Shown here: positions 57,624 through 64,000 of the stretch, piece after piece | Layout of the letters: each line of letters opens with the position of its first letter | Numbering within the stretch: position 1 is the stretch's first letter | DNA from: Clostridia bacterium | Lineage (GTDB): Bacteria; Bacillota; Clostridia; Oscillospirales; CAG-382 | Reading direction: 5' to 3' | Assembly: GCA_017447445.1 (NCBI GenBank) | Contig: JAFSNK010000030.1 | Coordinates: forward strand, 14,260-78,259 | DNA: 64,000 bases | Program-made: the position numbers and the translations under genes | The notes under the pieces: generated by a model | Database searches by the model: none | The model's input: only the letters and a program-made list of their open reading frames with translations | Told to the model about the DNA's origin: nothing

Positions 57624-58679
57624 TCAGAAATTCTGCCTGTGCGCTTCGCGGATGACCGCGAGCTGCTGGCGTACCTGCGGAAGTTTTATATCGTGCTCGC
57701 GCCCTTCGGTGAACAGAAGATATATCTGGTCGTAATAGGTCTGCACCGCGGCGATGAACGGCGCCTGCGGGTCGCCTTCCCAGGAATCCTCGTGCCAGAT
57801 AAGCTTCTCGGAGCAGTAGGCGGGCAGCTTTTCCTCCCCCATTGTCAACGGTTCGCGGATAAGGTGCTGTTCCGGCGCTTCCTCTTCCTTGAAATACTTC
57901 CAGTCGATGTGCGCCATAGTGCCTTTCAACGTGCCGCGCGTGCCCTCCACCTTATAGGTATAGCAGGGGTATGCGTCGCAGGAGGAAATGTCGAGGTCGA
58001 TTATCGGTCTTTCGGGCGCTTTAAGCACCAGCTTTACGTAATCCTCCGCGTCGCCGAAGGTGTTGCAGCGGTCCATATGGCAGAAGACCTGGGGCATACC
58101 TTCGTAATAATCGAGCAGATTGAGCGCCTGGTCGAGCGGGTGGGGACCGGTGTTGGCAAGATTGCCGCCGTTGTATTCAAGGCAGCACTGCCAGTCCCAG
58201 CGCCTTGCGAAGCCGTTGAACTGGATGCCGATATGCACGATCCTGCCCAGCACGCCGGAGGCGATGACTTCCTTTACCTTTAAGAAATAGTTTGCGAAAC
58301 GGCTTTGCTGGAACACCAGCAGTTTCAGCCCGCGCGATTCGGCGAGAGCAACGAGTATGTCGTATTCCTCCACGGTGGGGACGAACGGCTTTTCGCACAG
58401 GACGTTGAAGCCGTGCTCCAGAAGGTCTTTCGTGACCGGATAGTGAAGATGGCTCGGAAGCGAGTTTACGACGAGGTCGATATCCTTCCTGCCGAGTATT
58501 TCGCGGTAGTCGGAATAAACGTCGCAGCCGTATTCGGCGCGCGCGCGCTCGCGGCGGATATCCATTTTATCCACCACGGCGACGACCTTGAAGCGTTCGG
58601 TATCCTTTTTAAGATGCAGGCCGTGTATATCGCGCCCGCTGCGTCCCTGACCGAGTATGGCTATTCTTATCTGCTGCAT
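57624..58679 (-). CDS. Gfo/Idh/MocA family oxidoreductase
   Basis: The N-terminal Rossmann motif IAILGQGRSGRDIH, then EKP. Confidence 0.85.
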   Translation of the reverse strand: MQQIRIAILGQGRSGRDIHGLHLKKDTERFKVVAVVDKMDIRRERARAEYGCDVYSDYREILGRKDIDLVVNSLPSHLHYPVTKDLLEHGFNVLCEKPFVPTVEEYDILVALAESRGLKLLVFQQSRFANYFLKVKEVIASGVLGRIVHIGIQFNGFARRWDWQCCLEYNGGNLANTGPHPLDQALNLLDYYEGMPQVFCHMDRCNTFGDAEDYVKLVLKAPERPIIDLDISSCDAYPCYTYKVEGTRGTLKGTMAHIDWKYFKEEEAPEQHLIREPLTMGEEKLPAYCSEKLIWHEDSWEGDPQAPFIAAVQTYYDQIYLLFTEGREHDIKLPQVRQQLAVIREAHRQNF

Positions 58680-58795
58680 TTTTTACTCCTTCGGCATAAT
58701 GCCAAGCGTATGGTTTGCGTTTTTCGTCTTTACGCCTACATTATATCAAAACGCGGAGAAAAGTAAAGGTCTTTTGAAAAATAACGCCGATTTTT

Positions 58796-59413
58796 TTATA
58801 TTTCTTCGGTACGCAGCAGTCCTTCGGCTTTTATCTGCGCGAAAGCGACGCGGAAAGAGGAATAGCCGCCCTCCTCGCGGCGGAAAAATTCGGCGGCGCC
58901 GGGACGCAGCACGAAAAGCTCGCGGTCGGTGCGGCGCATCCCCGAAACGCCGTTTATCAGGCGCGATATGTATATGTCGGCACCGGGCAGGAAGAAATCG
59001 TAGAACACCCTGCGCTGTCCGGTCCGGCGGTCCCAGATCTGGGTGCGGCGGGTCTTTTCGGCGCGAGTCCCGTCCGAAAACGAGGTCTCGGTGTAAAACG
59101 ATAAGTGGTATTGCGAGGAATAGGTCAGCTCCCAGCTCATACACGCCCCGAACGGCGCGAAATCGCCGGGCGAAGCGGCGCGGGCGGCTTTTGCCGCCGA
59201 GAGCAGGTCGGTCTCGGCGTATCGTGTGAGCGTCGGGAGCAGCACGCCATAGAAAGGCGCGGCGTGCCGGAGCAGCGGGTCGCGGCGGTCGGCGCTTTTT
59301 ATTACCGGGGCGCGAAGGTTCATCTTCACCAGCGTTTCGCCGTCTTCGCCGCGAAGCTCCTTTTTTACGCAGGATTCGGTAACGGTATATTTGTCTTTTT
59401 TATTGAACAGCAT
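58796..59413 (-). CDS. Hypothetical protein, DUF3298/DUF4163-like by pattern
   Basis: ELTYSSQYHLSFYTETSFSDGTRAEKTRRTQIWDRRTGQRRVFYDFF resembles the RsiV/PdaC-type domain pattern. It has no signal peptide. Confidence 0.5.
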   Translation of the reverse strand: MLFNKKDKYTVTESCVKKELRGEDGETLVKMNLRAPVIKSADRRDPLLRHAAPFYGVLLPTLTRYAETDLLSAAKAARAASPGDFAPFGACMSWELTYSSQYHLSFYTETSFSDGTRAEKTRRTQIWDRRTGQRRVFYDFFLPGADIYISRLINGVSGMRRTDRELFVLRPGAAEFFRREEGGYSSFRVAFAQIKAEGLLRTEEI

Positions 59414-59454
59414 TATTCATCACCCGCTGTATTCTATTCCGCGCGCGTGGCTTT

Positions 59455-60102
59455 TTATTCCCGGAAGGACGGCAAAACGACCGCCCGAAGCTCCAGCGCG
59501 AGCTGAGCCGCGCAGACCGGGACGCATATGAACCCGAAAACCGAGCGCGTCGACGGGAAAAGCAGCGCCGCGGCGAAAACCGCCGCGCCGGGCGCAAGTC
59601 CTTTTACGCCATCCCGCCGGGTGCAGGCGGCGTTCTGCGAAAGCGCGAGCCCCGCCGATACCGGGCAGAACGCCGCGGTGAGCCAGGCGGCGGCGTCCGG
59701 GCAGGAGAGCGCGGCGCGAGCGGAGCCGCCCCAAGGCGAGACTATCGCCGCAGCGGGGAGCAGGACGAGCGCGGCGAACACTGCGGGCGCGGGGGCGTAG
59801 AGCGCGCTTTTATCGCTTAACGCCAGCCGAAGCGAGACCGCGGCGCAGAGCAGGATGACCGCGGCGGCGGAAATCCCGCCGTGGACCGAGCTGACGAACA
59901 CGGCGAGCGCCGCCAGCCGAAGCGCCGAGCCGAACAGGATGACCGTGCGCGCCGCGAACCCCGCGAACCCGCGCGCGCAAAACCCGCAGAGCAGCGGGAC
60001 AGCCAGCGCGGAGCAGACGAAAGCGGGCAAAAGGCCGCCGTTACCGAGGCAGTACGCCGCGGCGACGGAGGAAACGAAGGCGAGCGCGGACAGCGCCATC
60101 AC
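59455..60102 (-). CDS. Hypothetical Ala/Cys-rich polytopic membrane protein in the gerAB position
   Basis: It overlaps the gerAA stop by 4 nt, and its 215-aa product is very hydrophobic. The region is open in several frames, so the call is tentative. Confidence 0.45.
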   Translation of the reverse strand: MMALSALAFVSSVAAAYCLGNGGLLPAFVCSALAVPLLCGFCARGFAGFAARTVILFGSALRLAALAVFVSSVHGGISAAAVILLCAAVSLRLALSDKSALYAPAPAVFAALVLLPAAAIVSPWGGSARAALSCPDAAAWLTAAFCPVSAGLALSQNAACTRRDGVKGLAPGAAVFAAALLFPSTRSVFGFICVPVCAAQLALELRAVVLPSFRE

Positions 60103-61520
60103 TCCCCTCCTCCCAGGTCTTCCCGCCTGCCGAGCGTCTTTTTGGGCCAGGCGAAGACGAAATCCTGCATCCCCTCCGCGTCGTGCGGGGAGAACGGGAA
60201 CAGATACGGCACGCCGAAGCTTTTGCGGGTGCAGAGCAGCATTACGAGCAGAGCAAACGAAAGCCCGAGCCCGAATATGCCGAACAGCCGCGCCAGCACC
60301 AGCACCGCTATGCGGAACAGCACGATAACGTACATATATGCCGGGGTTATGAACGCGCAGACGGCGGCGAAGGCGACGGTTATCACCCCGACGGAGCTTA
60401 CTATCCCGGCGTCGACGGCGGTGTTGCCGAGAATGATGGAGCCGACTATGCCGACGGCGTCGCCCACCGGGCGGGGCATACGCACGCCGACTTCCCGTAA
60501 AAGCTCGAACAGCAGCAGAACTATTAATATTTCGGCGAAAAACGGCTCCGGAACGTTCTCGCGCGATTTGTCGATAATGCCGTAAAGCTCGCTCGGGAGC
60601 GAATCGCGCTCGTAGGTCACGAGAGCGCAGAGTATCCCCGGCGCGAAGACCGAGGCGAGGAACGCGGTAAGGCGCAGCAGGCGGATGAAGGTGGCGTAAT
60701 AGGGCGTATGCAGGTAATCGTCGGAGGACTGCAGACTTTCGGCGAACACGAAGGGCAGCGTGAGCACGAAGGGGCTGCCGTCGACTATCAGCGCGATCCT
60801 GCCCGCCATAAGCTTGGCGGCGGCTTTGTTCACCTTTTCGGTAACGCCGCAGGCGGGCAGCAGGCGGTCGCGCCGGCCGTTGAGCAGCAGCGCGAGGTCG
60901 GCGCTGTCGGTTATTACGGAGGCGTTAAGACTTTCGATACGCGCGGCAAGGTCGTTCACCGCGCGCCCGGAGGCGCGCCCCTCGACGTGGCACATGATTA
61001 TTTTCGTGTGGGACACGCTCCCCAGCGTGAACTCCCGCGTTTTGAACCGCGGCGTGCGGATATAGCGGCGGAGCTGCGCGAGGTTCGTTTCGCCGTCCTC
61101 GGTGAATCCCGCCTTGGGGCCGCGGACCGTTACGTCGCTCGACGGTTCGGAGATCCCGCGCGCCGGCGACTCCTGCGCGTTTATGATGAATTCGCGGTAT
61201 GCGTTCTCGGTCTCGCAAAGCAGAACAAGGTTCCCCGAGGCGAGCGCGAACGCCGCTTCCTTTGCGCTTTCGGGGACCGAAAACGAAGCCGCGCCGAGCA
61301 CGCCCGCCGGGTTTTCGCAAAGCGCGTCCAAGCCGGACGCGTTCACCGGCTTTATCACCGCGAAGGATATATAATCGCGCGAGACGATGCCTTTTATATA
61401 TACCGCCGCGTATCTGCCGTTCCGCGCCGTTCCCGCCCTGACCGCGAGATCGGAGCAGCCGGAAAAAGCGTTTGTAAGCCCGCGCAGGCGGGTATCGAAC
61501 AGGTCGTCCAAAGTGCTCAC
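60099..61520 (-). CDS. Spore germination receptor A subunit (GerA/GerKA family)
   Basis: Typical GerAA blocks are present: SDVTVRGPKAGFTED, GRIALIVDGSPFVLTLP and RMPRPVGDAVGIVGSIILG. Confidence 0.88.
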   Translation of the reverse strand: MSTLDDLFDTRLRGLTNAFSGCSDLAVRAGTARNGRYAAVYIKGIVSRDYISFAVIKPVNASGLDALCENPAGVLGAASFSVPESAKEAAFALASGNLVLLCETENAYREFIINAQESPARGISEPSSDVTVRGPKAGFTEDGETNLAQLRRYIRTPRFKTREFTLGSVSHTKIIMCHVEGRASGRAVNDLAARIESLNASVITDSADLALLLNGRRDRLLPACGVTEKVNKAAAKLMAGRIALIVDGSPFVLTLPFVFAESLQSSDDYLHTPYYATFIRLLRLTAFLASVFAPGILCALVTYERDSLPSELYGIIDKSRENVPEPFFAEILIVLLLFELLREVGVRMPRPVGDAVGIVGSIILGNTAVDAGIVSSVGVITVAFAAVCAFITPAYMYVIVLFRIAVLVLARLFGIFGLGLSFALLVMLLCTRKSFGVPYLFPFSPHDAEGMQDFVFAWPKKTLGRREDLGGGE

Positions 61521-61660
61521 TCCTTTTGTTGTTATTATTTACCTCCCCGCCGCGAAAATATCCGCGAAACATACGAAAAAACCTATTGACATAGCGCTTT
61601 TTGTGATATAAAATAATTGTGTATACGACAAAAATCTAGGTATTTCGCGGAGGACGGCAA

Positions 61661-63304
61661 ATGGCTTCTGGAAGCGGCGCAAAAAAAGGAAAAAGTCTGC
61701 TTGCGGTGATACTCTGCATCCCGCTGGCGTTTATAGTATATTATCTTATTTCGTATTCCTCGCAGTCGGTCTCGATCGGCAACGTAAAGGAAGTTACCGT
61801 GCAGATCCCCGGCGGGAGCGAAACGGTTTTCGACAAACGCGCGGACGTCGACTTTTTCGTGGACCTTCTGAACGGCGCGAAGACGATAAGCTCGCCGATG
61901 CGCGACGTTTCGGACGAGACTCCGGTTAACATAATCTGCACGAGAAGCGACAAATCCATTACCTACCGGCTTTATCCCACGCTTAATCTTACCGGATGCC
62001 TGCTTGTCGGTCCCGCGCCGGACAACAAGCTTTACGTGCTTGAATCCGAAACGGCGGGCAAGCTTTTGCTGCGCGACGAATTCGACTATATGTATGCACA
62101 GCGGTTCCTGCCCCGGCTTTACGTCGCGCGGGGAGAAAGCAAAGAAGAAGTTATGCCGCTGGAATGCGACTGGAAATACAAAAAGACCGACGGCAACGAA
62201 TATCCCTACGCCCCGCAGACCTACGCCAAGGGCGACGAGACCTACCGCATCTACAAGGGCAACGACAACCGTCTGGTTTTCGAACCGGGGATAGAAACGC
62301 GGCAGTACGAGCTTGCGGATATCTCCTACATAGCCGATAACGGCAGCCAGTATTCGATAAGGGATATTTCCGAGCTCGACCTTTCGGTCGACACGCTCGT
62401 AACGGTGAGCTTCACCGCGAAGTGGAGCAGTCTTAACGGTGCGGACTGCCACGGCGAGGCGAAATACAAATTCAACGTGCTGTACGATATCCCCGCCGAG
62501 ATAAGCATAGAAGAAAAGACCTACCGCCCGGGCGACCTTATCGCGATAAACGCGGTGCATCTTAACGAGGGCGAGGAATTCGCGCTGCAGACCGGGCTGA
62601 ACACCGCACCGATAAGGTTTTCGATGACCGGGGAGGACAAGGGCGTAGCGCTACTGCCGGTCGCCTTTGACAACGAGCCCGGCAGCTACGAGCTTAAAAT
62701 AATCACCGGAAGCGGCGAACGGGTATTCGAAATAAACGTCGAAGCGCGCGAGAACGCCGGGAACTGGAAGCCGGTGCAGGTCTCCGCAGAGGATTACCGC
62801 GCGTATCTTGCGCCGGAGATCCTGCGCGATTGCGCCGACACGCTTGCTGCCGCCGCGCAGATACGCCCCTCTTCGGATTACTTCATTTGGGGGACGGAGC
62901 AGATGCGCGCCCCCGTTATCAGCGGCGAGACGTTGTTCGACTACGGCGACGTGGTGAACCTGGCAAACGCCGAGATCACCGGAGACGCGGGCAACCTTAC
63001 CCTCGCGGGGCGGCTTTACAAGGTCGCGGAGGGCACTCAGGTACGCTCCGCGCAGGTCGGCGAGGTGGTGTTCGCGGGGACGACGAAGCCCACCGGGAAC
63101 ACTGTGATAATCTACCACGGCTGCGGGATATACACCTATTACTATCATCTGGACAGCGTAAACGTCCAGGTCGGATACACGCTCACCTCGGGCGAGATAA
63201 TCGGCGTCGCGGGGAGCAGCGGATACACCGGCGGGCAAACTCTGCTTCACTTCGCCGTAAGCATCGACGGAGTGTTCATCGACCCGGCTTCGGTAATAAA
63301 GTAA
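61661..63304 (+). CDS. Membrane-anchored M23 family metallopeptidase
   Basis: N-terminal TM helix. The C-terminal LytM core is GNTVIIYHGCGIYTYYYHL...GVAGSSGYTGGQTLLHFAVSIDGVFIDP. Confidence 0.8.
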   Translation: MASGSGAKKGKSLLAVILCIPLAFIVYYLISYSSQSVSIGNVKEVTVQIPGGSETVFDKRADVDFFVDLLNGAKTISSPMRDVSDETPVNIICTRSDKSITYRLYPTLNLTGCLLVGPAPDNKLYVLESETAGKLLLRDEFDYMYAQRFLPRLYVARGESKEEVMPLECDWKYKKTDGNEYPYAPQTYAKGDETYRIYKGNDNRLVFEPGIETRQYELADISYIADNGSQYSIRDISELDLSVDTLVTVSFTAKWSSLNGADCHGEAKYKFNVLYDIPAEISIEEKTYRPGDLIAINAVHLNEGEEFALQTGLNTAPIRFSMTGEDKGVALLPVAFDNEPGSYELKIITGSGERVFEINVEARENAGNWKPVQVSAEDYRAYLAPEILRDCADTLAAAAQIRPSSDYFIWGTEQMRAPVISGETLFDYGDVVNLANAEITGDAGNLTLAGRLYKVAEGTQVRSAQVGEVVFAGTTKPTGNTVIIYHGCGIYTYYYHLDSVNVQVGYTLTSGEIIGVAGSSGYTGGQTLLHFAVSIDGVFIDPASVIK

Positions 63305-63841
63305 ATGGACGCGGCGGAGATAACCGGCCAGATATTCGGCGGGATCGCCGTCGTACTGGGCTTTATCGCGTTCCAGATGCGCGACGCGAAGAGGGTGCTT
63401 CTGGTGCAGATGGCGGCGATAATCGTTTTCTGCGTCCACTATTATCTGCTGCGGGCTTATTCCGGGCTGGCGTTAAACGCGGTGGGTCTGTTCCGCAACG
63501 TCGCCTATTATTACAGAAGCAGGATGCCGAAAAAGCTCGCTGCCGCGACAACGGTTTTCTTCGTTATCGCGATGGTAACCGCGGGCATATTCTCCTGGCA
63601 GGATATACGCTCGCTGCTTGTAATACTCGGCATCGCGATAAACACGGTGGGGATGTCCTTTTCGAGCGCGCAGAACATACGCAAAAGCATACTCATTTCC
63701 TCCCCTCTCGTGCTGATCTACGATATACTCGTGCGCTCCGTCGGCGGCGCGATATTCGAAACGACCGCCATAGTTTCCTCGGTATTGGGCATTATCCGCG
63801 CGAACCGCGCGGCAAAAGAGACCGAACCGGCGGAACGATAA
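63305..63841 (+). CDS. YgjV-like inner membrane protein
   Basis: IFGGIAVVLGFIAFQMRD...FCVHYYLL...NAVGLFRNVAYY. The ATG directly follows the M23 stop codon. Confidence 0.65.
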   Translation: MDAAEITGQIFGGIAVVLGFIAFQMRDAKRVLLVQMAAIIVFCVHYYLLRAYSGLALNAVGLFRNVAYYYRSRMPKKLAAATTVFFVIAMVTAGIFSWQDIRSLLVILGIAINTVGMSFSSAQNIRKSILISSPLVLIYDILVRSVGGAIFETTAIVSSVLGIIRANRAAKETEPAER

Positions 63842-64000
63842 AGAGTCCGTTTCCGCGGTTCCGAGAAGCGGATTTTTTATTGGTTATTTCAATTGTACTG
63901 CCCTGATCGTATATTTTTTCATTTATTCCCACATTGAAAAGACGCGCCGCGGAGTGGTATAATAAACCGTAAATAAATAATTATAAACATATAATAAAAG

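Overview
This is a high-GC chromosomal segment; hand-counted 60-nt lines are about 60% GC. It comes from an endospore-forming Firmicute of class Clostridia, because spo0A, spoIVB, a gerA-family gene and an SpoVD-like PBP are all present. A dockerin-bearing wall hydrolase hints at Oscillospiraceae/Ruminococcaceae, but that is inference only. Almost everything is core housekeeping. (1) A minus-strand glycogen operon (glgB-glgC-glgD-glgA-glgP-GH13) has an AAC(3)-family acetyltransferase translationally coupled to its end and a NahK-like kinase after it. (2) rpsO-pnp, pdp and tsaE-tsaB-rpiB follow. (3) A minus-strand dcw cluster runs mraZ-rsmH-ftsL-pbp-murF-mraY-ftsW-murG-ftsQ-ftsZ and lacks murE, murD and ftsA. 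(4) Envelope and central-metabolism genes come next: a CPBP protease, an SpoIID-like protein with PG-binding repeats, an acyl-CoA ligase, a TVP38 protein, asnA, pdxK, fba, PPi-PFK, a PHP phosphoesterase and a DUF218 protein. (5) prfA, an S1-domain protein, obg and rplU-prp-rpmA are followed by spo0A, spoIVB, a gerA-type locus and an M23 peptidase. I saw no rRNA, tRNA, CRISPR array, transposase or integrase. The most unusual locus is 44590-46305 on the minus strand. An exact-consensus promoter there drives a roughly 310-nt leader carrying three direct repeats, each a Shine-Dalgarno-like tract followed by AUA. The third repeat opens an unannotated 65-codon frame with no canonical start, whose product has an RRXRR-like N-terminal motif. 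That frame overlaps the start of a 446-aa orphan protein with an acidic linker and DGC-x-FAN repeats. Second is a roughly 1-kb AT-rich island (16559-17540) encoding a zinc-ribbon membrane protein, inserted between pdp and tsaE. The mraZ-upstream gap also holds an orphan plus-strand terminator and an exact-consensus antisense promoter, which suggests unannotated small transcripts. Every functional call is by-eye motif recognition, and no database search was run.
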